Virus record (IMG/VR): IMGVR_UViG_3300033069_001745
Coordinates: 17,161-81,160 of that record
Source: a virus
Lineage: Duplodnaviria > Caudoviricetes
Length of the DNA: 64,000 bases
Reading direction: 5' to 3' (one strand)
Of the stretch, positions 54,860 to 62,637 are shown in pieces; within the stretch, counting starts at the first letter, position 1, and each line of letters opens with the position of its first letter. The translations under genes and the position numbers were made by a program. The notes below the pieces were generated by a model. It ran no database searches and was not told the origin of the DNA. It saw nothing but the letters and a program-made list of their open reading frames with translations.

Positions 54860-55322
54860 TGGGCCAGCCCAGTGGGAACGCCTGCGCGACCTCGTGCAGG
54901 GGTCTCCGCCGGGAACCCTCTTCGACTTCGATGTGCTGACCGAAGCGATCGAGTGCAGCCGGGATCAGGTGAGCGCGATCGTCTTCCAGCTCAACAAGAA
55001 GATGCCGTCAACCGGCATACGGCTGGTCAGCGTGCCCTCTCGGGGCTATGCCGTGGCTACGGCGGGCGACAAGTTGCGGGAGGCCACCCTGGTGCGCCCA
55101 AAGAAGATTCAGCGCCAGGTGCTCTACACCATCCAGGCGGCGGAGTCGGTGCTCCATGGCCCAGACGCTTCACCGGATGAGCAGGAGTCGGCCATGAAGG
55201 TGGCCACCGAGAGTTCCAGTGTTCTTCTGTGGGCCAAAGACCGCAGTCGCATGGTTTCTCGGATGATGAAGAACGGCAAGAGAAACGATGTTTCTCAAAG
55301 CGGTATGCCAATCATCGAGTAA
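54837..55322 (+). CDS. Winged-helix DNA-binding protein coupled to the RAMP gene
   Basis: SD GAGGTG plus ATG 54837; 'VLTEAIECSRDQVSAIVFQLNKKM...IRLVSVPSRGYAV' is an OmpR/PhoB-like wing. Confidence 0.65.
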   Translation: MFQSKISDGPAQWERLRDLVQGSPPGTLFDFDVLTEAIECSRDQVSAIVFQLNKKMPSTGIRLVSVPSRGYAVATAGDKLREATLVRPKKIQRQVLYTIQAAESVLHGPDASPDEQESAMKVATESSSVLLWAKDRSRMVSRMMKNGKRNDVSQSGMPIIE

Positions 55323-55330
55323 TTCTTCGC

Positions 55331-55435
55331 GGCCTGGCAGGGTAATACGTGGCAGGGAGCGGCTTGGTTCTGAACGGCTAGGTATGGCAGGGGTTGGTTC
55401 GGAGCGGCGAGGCATGGCATGGCTAGAACGGGTAA
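55331..55435 (+). repeat. Pentamer array 3 (21 x GGY-NN), putative guide RNA
   Basis: GGCct GGCag GGTaa TACgt GGCag GGAgc GGCtt GGTtc TGAac GGCta GGTat GGCag GGGtt GGTtc GGAgc GGCga GGCat GGCat GGCta GAAcg GGTaa, preceded by ATTCTTCGC. Confidence 0.9.
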
Positions 55436-55454
55436 ATAAGACGGAGATGAATTA

Positions 55455-55997
55455 ATGGCACCGTTTGTATTTATTGATCAGGAGATGCGTGAGGCGACTC
55501 CTGAAATATTCACGGCGGAAAAACCCTGGACATCCGAGCTGGACGGGGCCGTCTTTGAAGCCTCGGGACTCCAGTGCATGCTGCTTCGAGGCAGTTTTCA
55601 CGTGTGGTGCGGGTACGTCGGGGTACCGGAGGGCCACCTGGCCTATCAACGCATGGAGACCGAATGCCTGATCACCGAGGCGCCGTGCGTAGGGCTCGCA
55701 TACTGCGAGCACTCGCTGGGGCACATCCTGCGGGTACATGGAGGTATCTCCTTTGCGGGGTTCATGCAGTTCGTGAAGGAAGGGACGCCGCTGCCCCGAG
55801 ATATCTCGGACGGGCTCGATCCCTTGTGGTTCTTCGGCTTCGATGCCACCCACAGCGGTGATGCCATCCCCGGGGTTCCCGAGTTCATCGGGACCTACAG
55901 AACACAGCAGTACATGCTCTCCCAGGTGGAGCGTCTGGCCGAGCAGTTGGCCGAGCTACAGCGTGGGGCGGAGTCGATCACCGGGGGCAAGCAATGA
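55455..55997 (+). CDS. Conserved phage hypothetical protein
   Basis: 'WCGYVGVP...VHGGISF...WFFGFDATH.GD' pattern. Confidence 0.7.
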   Translation: MAPFVFIDQEMREATPEIFTAEKPWTSELDGAVFEASGLQCMLLRGSFHVWCGYVGVPEGHLAYQRMETECLITEAPCVGLAYCEHSLGHILRVHGGISFAGFMQFVKEGTPLPRDISDGLDPLWFFGFDATHSGDAIPGVPEFIGTYRTQQYMLSQVERLAEQLAELQRGAESITGGKQ

Positions 55998-56350
55998 AGA
56001 TGCGCATCAATGGCCGGTGCCCGATGGGGTGCGGCGATGCGTTGGCCGTTCAACTGCCCGAGAACCTGGCGGCCCTGGCGACCCCGGTGGACATCACCTG
56101 TGAAGACCCCAACTGCCGGAACCCGAAGGCGGTGACGGTGATCTTGCGCGACGACTCCCCGGGCGAGCACATCGTCGAGCTGTACGACGAGACCTTCTCG
56201 ATCCAGCATCCCCTGGAAGAGCGCATCTACGGCAGCCTCTTCAACTGCGGTATGCACGCCTGGCTCCAGGAGCAGTCCGAGCCCCCGCAACCCACGGGGC
56301 GCTACCGCGTGAGGTTCGGTGCGTCTTCGATCACGTGGTTGCCCGCCTGA
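55994..56350 (+). CDS. Hypothetical protein with Cys motifs
   Basis: CPMGCG, CEDPNC; ATGA coupling. Confidence 0.65.
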   Translation: MKMRINGRCPMGCGDALAVQLPENLAALATPVDITCEDPNCRNPKAVTVILRDDSPGEHIVELYDETFSIQHPLEERIYGSLFNCGMHAWLQEQSEPPQPTGRYRVRFGASSITWLPA

Positions 56351-56733
56351 GGGTGCAGTGGGTACCAGAAGGTCAGTAGGTCTTGGTTGTAGGTTTGCCA
56401 TCCGTTGGCCGGGGTGAAGGTAGCCTTGCGCCAGTCGTCGTTGAGCACCGACTCGACGAGCACTACATCGAACCCGTGGCGGCGGGCCGCATCGTCGAGC
56501 AGAGAAAGAATTTTCTTGCTCCACCCCAGGCGCTGCTCTAGATCCTTGATGCTGATCGATCCGAGTTCGAGCGACGAGACCAAGCTCCGGTTGATGTAGC
56601 GGTGGCCCCGGCGGAGGTATACCCGCTCGATCGGAGAGTCATCCTCCCCGTAGATGGAGACGTTGCTCCGGGTGCGCTGAACCAGCCAATCCTCTAGCTC
56701 ATCCCGAAACCCCTTCAGTGATACTGATTGCAT
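56302..56733 (-). CDS. GNAT-like hypothetical protein
   Basis: 'LELGSISI...RLGWSKKIL...AARRHGFDVVLVESVLN'; divergent from the 56767 promoter. Confidence 0.45.
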   Translation of the reverse strand: MQSVSLKGFRDELEDWLVQRTRSNVSIYGEDDSPIERVYLRRGHRYINRSLVSSLELGSISIKDLEQRLGWSKKILSLLDDAARRHGFDVVLVESVLNDDWRKATFTPANGWQTYNQDLLTFWYPLHPQAGNHVIEDAPNLTR

Positions 56734-56766
56734 CTCCTACCCTTTCAGATTCCGGCTCTAAGGAAC

Positions 56767-56795
56767 TTGCGAGCCGGTCCGAAGGAGAGTATCGT
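56767..56795 (+). promoter_or_regulatory. sigma70-type promoter
   Basis: TTGCGA-N17-TATCGT, preceded by GCTCTAAGGAAC. Confidence 0.6.
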
Positions 56796-56819
56796 ATGGA
56801 CGACTGAAGGGAGTGGCAA

Positions 56820-57026
56820 ATGGAAGAAACCGCTGGTCAGAGGGGTGTCTACATGATCCCGATGACTTCCGATGAGATGATGGCCCTGGGGATGCTGTTG
56901 ATCAAGCACGCCCAGGGGGATTCGACGTTGCAGGGGGTGCGGGCGCGCATCATCGCGATTGCTCAGCGGCGGATGGAAGAGATCGACCGCATCTTGGCCG
57001 AGGTCAAGGCGGGAGCCACGGAGTAG
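56820..57026 (+). CDS. Hypothetical protein
   Basis: SD GGGAG. Confidence 0.6.
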   Translation: MEETAGQRGVYMIPMTSDEMMALGMLLIKHAQGDSTLQGVRARIIAIAQRRMEEIDRILAEVKAGATE

Positions 57027-57029
57027 ATC

Positions 57030-57248
57030 GTGCCCACGAAGAAGGCAACGAAGAAGCAAGACCGGTTCGTCGCTCGGGCGCACTACCAAGGCCAGACGTT
57101 CCACCTCGGGGTCTTCGACACCGAGGAGAAGGCCCGGAGCGCCGAGGAGCGTTGGTGGGGGAACCCAAAGAACGTGACGTACCAGGCGTGGGTGGATCGA
57201 CACCGTCGGATGGTCCTGAAGAGAAACAAGGTGGCCAAGAGTGCGTGA
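57030..57248 (+). CDS. AP2-like DNA-binding domain protein
   Basis: 'RFVARAHYQGQTFHLGVFDTEEKARSA'. Confidence 0.65.
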   Translation: MPTKKATKKQDRFVARAHYQGQTFHLGVFDTEEKARSAEERWWGNPKNVTYQAWVDRHRRMVLKRNKVAKSA

Positions 57249-57534
57249 AGAATTTAAAGTTGACAATCTCGAGCCGGAACAGGCAGCGCTTGTCGCACCG
57301 TACATGGTGGTGGCCGATCACCTGGAGCGCATGATCCAGAGCGAGCCCCATCGGGTGGCTGCGCTATCGCTCTTGAAGCTGTCGCGAGACGTGGTGCTGC
57401 GCTCACATCTCCCGCTCGAAAGCTGGGCCACCTGGGACGACGATCCCGACTCTTCGACTGGTCTTGATCCCGAGCCCGCACCTGATGTCCACATCGACGC
57501 CGCTGTGCCGGGGTTCCCCGGGGTGGGTCGATGA
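57241..57534 (+). CDS. Hypothetical protein
   Basis: Coupled ORF. Confidence 0.55.
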   Translation: MREEFKVDNLEPEQAALVAPYMVVADHLERMIQSEPHRVAALSLLKLSRDVVLRSHLPLESWATWDDDPDSSTGLDPEPAPDVHIDAAVPGFPGVGR

Positions 57535-57836
57535 GCTGGGACGCCGAGCTGCTCGACGAGGCGACCGGCGAGACGATCTACGAGACGAACTACACCCACA
57601 ACACCAACCGGATGCTGCACGTGGCATACGGGGGAGACTTCTTCGCTGCGCTCCACGGAGCCCCGGCCTCGAAGGCGGCCCAGGTGCTCGATCTCACTCT
57701 GCGGCGCCTGCCCGAGGGGACCGAGCCCGACCCGGAGAACGGCTGGGGATCGCGAGGCCAACTGACCGAGATCCTCGAAGAAATGTTGCGAGTCAGCTTG
57801 CGGGGGCAACCAGCCCATTGGAGGGTGTCGCTATGA
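57531..57836 (+). CDS. Conserved phage hypothetical protein
   Basis: 'NYTHN...PENGWGS' pattern; ATGA coupling. Confidence 0.65.
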   Translation: MSWDAELLDEATGETIYETNYTHNTNRMLHVAYGGDFFAALHGAPASKAAQVLDLTLRRLPEGTEPDPENGWGSRGQLTEILEEMLRVSLRGQPAHWRVSL

Positions 57837-58252
57837 GCCTCGACAACGCCATCATCGACGTGGTGAAGGTGCTCGGGACGGGGAGCTTGGCCTTCGCCCT
57901 GGCCACCGCGATCTACCTGCTGGCCGACGAGATGATCGGGCGCATCAGCATCCGCACGACGTTGTGGCGGCGGAACCGGGAGACCTTCGGGTGGTGGGCG
58001 GCCACTCGATACCGCCTGGGGGCACGACTCATCCGGCCGGAGCTGCAAAGCCAATATGAGCGGGCGTTGGCCGAGAACGACACCCTCTTCGCTGACCTCG
58101 CGGCTCAGAACCTCACGGCGGCCGAGGTGCGGCGCTCGGAGCGTTGGATACGGGCCGACGAGCGGGCGGAGACGTTGCTCGGGGTGTACGCCGGGAACCG
58201 GCGACTCACCCTGCATCAGATCAGGCTCGACGAGCACGAAGGAGACCACTGA
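57833..58252 (+). CDS. Membrane-anchored hypothetical protein
   Basis: N-terminal hydrophobic helix; SD GGAGG. Confidence 0.6.
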   Translation: MSLDNAIIDVVKVLGTGSLAFALATAIYLLADEMIGRISIRTTLWRRNRETFGWWAATRYRLGARLIRPELQSQYERALAENDTLFADLAAQNLTAAEVRRSERWIRADERAETLLGVYAGNRRLTLHQIRLDEHEGDH

Positions 58253-58253
58253 T

Positions 58254-58712
58254 ATGGAAGACGAGAAGCGCACGTTCTCGGTAGCCGGGGCGGCAGAACC
58301 AGTTTTCGGCCTGGCCACGGGGAAGACCAAGCTCACCAACCTGCACCATCTCAGCGAGTGCGCCCCCAACCACTGCGTGATCCACAACCCTTCGGATCAC
58401 CACATGCGGGACTGGCCTCTCATCTGGCGGGGCGACAAGGGCCTGATGGAGCGCCAGTGCGAGTGTGGGACCGGCCACCCGGACCCCGATGACCTGGCCT
58501 GGCACAAGTCTCAGGGGCGGGCCTACATGGCGGTGCACGGCTGTTGTGGCCACTGCGTCCCGGGCTTGTTTGAGCGGCTCCAGGCCCGGGTCACTCTATG
58601 GTCTACTGACCCTGAATCGGGGCCTGAGCCAGAGTTCGAGACCGAGCCCGATTCCAACTTGCAGAAGTACGCCCCTGCCCCTGCCTCCGGCGGGAACGAG
58701 GAAGCTCCATGA
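58254..58712 (+). CDS. Cys/His-rich hypothetical protein
   Basis: 'CVIHNPSDHHM...ERQCECGTGHPDPD...HGCCGHC'. Confidence 0.65.
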   Translation: MEDEKRTFSVAGAAEPVFGLATGKTKLTNLHHLSECAPNHCVIHNPSDHHMRDWPLIWRGDKGLMERQCECGTGHPDPDDLAWHKSQGRAYMAVHGCCGHCVPGLFERLQARVTLWSTDPESGPEPEFETEPDSNLQKYAPAPASGGNEEAP

Positions 58713-59104
58713 CCTCTGACCTAGAAAATCATTTCTTGGCCCGGATGCCGGTGTGTGAGCAGTGCAACCACTCGTTTGCCCACCATTACGAGCACTGCTG
58801 TCCGGGCTGTGTGGTGCCCTGGTGTGGGTGCAACAACGTCTATCTCCCCGATCTGCCGGTCGCGAAGATGTGGGTTCACCCCGACAAGGACCCGCCGCTG
58901 TGGACCCTGTACGACGCCCGGGACCAGATGATGGCCTTCGATGTTGGGTCTCGCCTAGTCGAGTCCCCAGTCGGGCCCATCGACCACAAGCGCAAGTGCT
59001 GGGTCCCCGACACCGTGCTCGCCTACACCACGGCGGTGGCCTGGGGTTCGATGGGAGAGGCGTACTATCCCGACGCCGACCCCCGTCAACCTGGGTCGCT
59101 CTAA
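58709..59104 (+). CDS. Hypothetical Zn-finger protein
   Basis: 'CEQCNHSFAHH...C...C...CGC'. Confidence 0.55.
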   Translation: MTSDLENHFLARMPVCEQCNHSFAHHYEHCCPGCVVPWCGCNNVYLPDLPVAKMWVHPDKDPPLWTLYDARDQMMAFDVGSRLVESPVGPIDHKRKCWVPDTVLAYTTAVAWGSMGEAYYPDADPRQPGSL

Positions 59105-59109
59105 GGAAC

Positions 59110-59138
59110 TTGACAGAGGGTTCCGAACCAAGTAATAT
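59110..59138 (+). promoter_or_regulatory. sigma70-type promoter
   Basis: TTGACA-N17-TAATAT, preceded by GCTCTAAGGAAC. Confidence 0.78.
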
Positions 59139-59169
59139 GGCTCCAGGTTGAAGAAACGGAGCACGAACA

Positions 59170-59823
59170 ATGAGTTGGTGGGAGCGGTATCAGGTTGATT
59201 TGCCTGATGGTGAGTTTGTTCACAACGGCCACACATGGACCCTGACCAGGGAGAAGATGACCGAGCAGGAGCTTGGCCCCTTCGGTGGGGTCTCGACCCA
59301 AGAGTTCTTCATGGGCCGGGGGCTGAAACCGGGTACCTACACGTTCTTGCGTGAAGACGGGCAGATCTGGATGTCAGACACCTTCACCGAGATCGCTGAG
59401 CACCTCGAACCGATTCGCCACATCGACGGGACCACCAAGCGCCCGGCGGCCGCCTCACTGCTGATTGGCGGGCTTGGGTTGGGGATGTTGTTGCGTCATG
59501 CCATCACCACCGGGGTGAAGCAGATCACCGTGGTCGAGATCAACGATGCGGTGCTCAACCTTGTGGCGCCCACCTACATCACCATGGCCCGGGACCTCGA
59601 CGTGGAGCTGGAGATCGTGCACGGTGACCTGCTCAGCTACAAGCCCAAGGGCGGGTACTGGGACGTGGCCTGGTTCGACATCTGGCACTCCATCACCTCG
59701 GACAACCTGCCCGAGATGGCCACCTTGAAGCGGCGCTTCGCCACCCGCACCGGTTGGCAAGGCTGCTGGCAACAGGAGGGTTGCCGCTGGCAGCGGGATC
59801 GGGAGAGCAGGTTGTACTGGTGA
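59170..59823 (+). CDS. Spermidine-synthase-like SAM-dependent methyltransferase fold protein
   Basis: WMSDT, LIGGLGLG, ITVVEIN, WDVAWFDIW. Confidence 0.7.
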   Translation: MSWWERYQVDLPDGEFVHNGHTWTLTREKMTEQELGPFGGVSTQEFFMGRGLKPGTYTFLREDGQIWMSDTFTEIAEHLEPIRHIDGTTKRPAAASLLIGGLGLGMLLRHAITTGVKQITVVEINDAVLNLVAPTYITMARDLDVELEIVHGDLLSYKPKGGYWDVAWFDIWHSITSDNLPEMATLKRRFATRTGWQGCWQQEGCRWQRDRESRLYW

Positions 59824-60428
59824 GCACCAACTCCATCTCTGCTCCATCCATCTTGTTGCCCTGGGTCTACGACGACGGCGGGCGTTCGGCGGCGGGCTTC
59901 AAGGGCACTGCCGGGGACTGCGTTACCCGGGCCCTGGCCATCGCCACCGGGACGCCCTATCGCGAGATGTACGACCGGCTGGCCCGAAGCATGAAGTCTC
60001 AGGGGTTCGCTCGCTCGGCCCGCAACGGGGTGGAGCCCAAGGTGTACAAGCCCCTGCTCTCCCTGTGGGGCTTCGTCTGGACCCCCACCATGTTCCCGGG
60101 CCAGGGCACTCGCATCCACCTGGCCCAAGGGGAGGTGCCCCAGGAGGGCATCTACATCCTGCGGCTCTCCCGGCATCTGTGCACCGTGGTGGACGGCACC
60201 ATCCATGACACCTACGACCCGGGGCGCAACGCCACGAGGTGCGTCTACGGCTGGTGGCAGCGTGCTACCGATGGGCGAGGGAGGGCAATCAACGTGGCCG
60301 ATCAGAAGGTGCTGTGCGACCAGCCTGGTTGTGATCGCCCGGCCACAACGATCTCGTACGGCGAGGGCAAGAACACGGGGACGAAGACGTGGTATGCCTG
60401 CGATGAGCACAAGGCGGTGCAGCCATGA
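59820..60428 (+). CDS. Conserved phage protein with papain-like Cys-His-Asp pattern
   Basis: 'GDCVTRALAIATG...RHLCTVVDGTIHDTYD'. Confidence 0.55.
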   Translation: MSTNSISAPSILLPWVYDDGGRSAAGFKGTAGDCVTRALAIATGTPYREMYDRLARSMKSQGFARSARNGVEPKVYKPLLSLWGFVWTPTMFPGQGTRIHLAQGEVPQEGIYILRLSRHLCTVVDGTIHDTYDPGRNATRCVYGWWQRATDGRGRAINVADQKVLCDQPGCDRPATTISYGEGKNTGTKTWYACDEHKAVQP

Positions 60429-60655
60429 AGAGTCGCCTCTGGGTAGACCGAGTGTTTCGGGCGACCCGCTCGCCTGCTCCCACCAGCGGGCTCCAGGCCG
60501 ACGACGGCATCGAGGTAACGGCTATCACGGTGCGCATTTCGGACGGCACCGAGCGCATCCTGCGGCTCTACGACTGGGACATCACCCTCGACGGGGTGCC
60601 TCTGATCGAGATACTCCAAACGGGCTGTGACCCCCACTTCTGGAAGGAATATTAA
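60425..60655 (+). CDS. Hypothetical protein
   Basis: ATGA coupling. Confidence 0.55.
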   Translation: MKSRLWVDRVFRATRSPAPTSGLQADDGIEVTAITVRISDGTERILRLYDWDITLDGVPLIEILQTGCDPHFWKEY

Positions 60656-60831
60656 ATGTCTTGGGTAAAGATTTGGCCCCCTGATCACACCTACTCGCAC
60701 CGATGTGATCACACTCCTCCGCCGGAGGAGTACGCCGAGGGTGACGTGATCCAATGCACCGGCTGCGGAAAGCGCTGTGGTCGCATGGGCCACCCGGGCA
60801 CCAACGCTGCGATCTGGTTGCAGTGGCCGTC

Positions 60832-61059
60832 ATGAAGCGCGAGTTTCGTGCCGTGGGGATCGGCCCCTACACCGCCCACCTGGCGTCCGAGAAGCTGGAC
60901 GACGACGAGGTGGAGCTGGCCGCCGTGGTGGTGCGCCTGCGGGGACAAGAGCAAGTGTTCTACCTCGACGAGTGGAGCATCACCTTCGGCGGGGTGGACG
61001 TGGTAGAAGCCATCGAGGCGGGCTCTCGCAATCCGCTCCGGCGCCCGGGAGGTGAGTGA
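60832..61059 (+). CDS. Hypothetical protein
   Basis: ATG 60832; similar C-terminus to 60425..60655 (W.IT..GV...E.I..G). Confidence 0.55.
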   Translation: MKREFRAVGIGPYTAHLASEKLDDDEVELAAVVVRLRGQEQVFYLDEWSITFGGVDVVEAIEAGSRNPLRRPGGE

Positions 61060-61637
61060 TGGAGTCATCTATTACTCCCGATGAATGGCTTGGAGAATTA
61101 GTGTGGGGAGATTGGGCGTACGCTCGCGCCTACGGCTTAGGTTGGTACATCGCCCGGTATCCGCGAGAAGATGGAATTCGCGTCGCCTCGCCGCTCGGGG
61201 TACTGGTGAAGCTGGCGGGTGCCTCCGAAGTGGAGTTGCGCCGCCCCCACAACCTCAACCTCATTCCTTCCTGGTTCACCGGGGAGGACCTCTCCGCCTT
61301 CGCCAAGATCGAGTGCTCGGGAACGGTACGAGCCACGAGCTTCAAGCCGTTCATCAACTACATCGTTGATGTGATCTGCCCTCGCTACGATGCCTCGCTC
61401 CGGGAACAAACTCCCGATCCCAGGAGAGGCGCAGAAACGGCCCCAGAAGCCGATGTGGTGCGTCTTGGCTACGACTACACCATCGACTGCCTTGGCGAGT
61501 CTCTCCGAGCCTACTGTGACGTCGCTTCTGCGGTGATCGTGGGCCATCCGGACCCGGAGTGGCGCCGTGATGCCTTCCACAAGCTGGTGAACCAACTGAA
61601 AGAAACCATAGTTCACCTCGGTGGGGAACTCTCGTAG
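61056..61637 (+). CDS. Hypothetical protein
   Basis: SD GGAGGTG. Confidence 0.65.
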   Translation: MMESSITPDEWLGELVWGDWAYARAYGLGWYIARYPREDGIRVASPLGVLVKLAGASEVELRRPHNLNLIPSWFTGEDLSAFAKIECSGTVRATSFKPFINYIVDVICPRYDASLREQTPDPRRGAETAPEADVVRLGYDYTIDCLGESLRAYCDVASAVIVGHPDPEWRRDAFHKLVNQLKETIVHLGGELS

Positions 61638-61638
61638 A

Positions 61639-61769
61639 CTGTGGATAACTTTCTGGATTGAGTCCAGAAGCTCACGCTAAGTAAACCAAGTCCCCAGGGG
61701 CCGAGTACCCACTTCCAACCACACAGCGTGGTATCGAGACGGAAAGGGCACGAAATTCTGTGGATAACT
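61639..61769 (-). promoter_or_regulatory. Two perfect DnaA boxes inside a 12-bp direct repeat (CTGTGGATAACT)
   Basis: Copies at 61639-61650 and 61758-61769 in an intergenic region of about 330 bp. Confidence 0.6.
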
Positions 61770-61968
61770 GGAGCCTGCCTGAACAGTGTTCGGGGTGCGG
61801 ATTCTGGCACCTGATGACTGAGGATGAGCGTCTCTGTCAGCGGTTGAACGAAGCGGCCTGGAACGCCATCAGATCCGTGCTCCGGCAGCCACCCGACCCA
61901 TCTGATTGCCGCGAGCCCGGGAAGGGCGATCGGTAATCTCCCGCCCAGCGGTACAGGGAGGGTGGAAG

Positions 61969-62637
61969 TTGGCGAAGCGTGGCGAACCCGTGGACCCCGA
62001 AGAGCGACGACGCCAGAGGACGCAGTACATGCGGGAGTGGCGGGAGCGCAACACCGAGGCCCAGGAACTGTCTCGCCGCCGGACCCGTGAATACAACTTG
62101 GTAAAGCTCGCCACTGATATGCACATCCGGCATTTGTACTTGATCGAGTACAACGCTCTGCTGGCGAAGCATCGAGAAGAGCAACGGGCGGTGGTGGAGA
62201 AAGAGTTCCCTGAGCTTGAGCGCCGGGACGTTTCGGTCCGTGCCTACAACCGTGCGGCACACCGGGCCACCGTCGATCTCCGGGAAGCCCACCGAGCCGA
62301 GTACGACTACATGATGGCGGTGCTCAAGGATCAGCTCCAGTCGGGGGTCGACATCGTGGGCAAAGCTCCAGTGCGCCCTCGACCCCCGGCCCGGGGCAAG
62401 AAGACCAATGTCATCCGGGGCCAGCGGATGCGCATCGAGTCCGGTCTCCAGGATCTCATCGAGGGCAACATCTCCGAGTCGGCGTTCTTGCGCATCATCG
62501 AGAAGGTGGTGGCCGAAGCTCAGGAGTATCGACGGCCGTATACCGAGCGGCAGGTCACGAAGAGCATAAAGAAACAACAGCAAGATTTGTCTCCTGATAT
62601 GGAGACCAGGATACGAACAGCCCTGGGGGAGAAGTGA
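61969..62637 (+). CDS. Basic helical hypothetical protein
   Basis: TTG start with SD GGAGGG; Arg-rich. Confidence 0.65.
   Translation: MAKRGEPVDPEERRRQRTQYMREWRERNTEAQELSRRRTREYNLVKLATDMHIRHLYLIEYNALLAKHREEQRAVVEKEFPELERRDVSVRAYNRAAHRATVDLREAHRAEYDYMMAVLKDQLQSGVDIVGKAPVRPRPPARGKKTNVIRGQRMRIESGLQDLIEGNISESAFLRIIEKVVAEAQEYRRPYTERQVTKSIKKQQQDLSPDMETRIRTALGEK

Noticed and set aside
53946-55435. Conventional CRISPR array
   Set aside because: No 25-45-bp repeats with unique spacers. The structure is a 5-nt periodic array, reported separately.
13306-58739. Recurring AATTTCTTGG-like AT-rich motif (13306 minus, 33892, 50250, 58730)
   Set aside because: Most copies are in-frame N/H-F-L codons and the motif was chosen post hoc; no positional consistency.
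59101-59130. Self-target of array 3 (CT.AG.AA) in the CTAAGGAAC promoter motif
   Set aside because: Only the first three dinucleotides match fully under a 1-nt gap and later units mostly fail, so chance is likely; worth rechecking only computationally.
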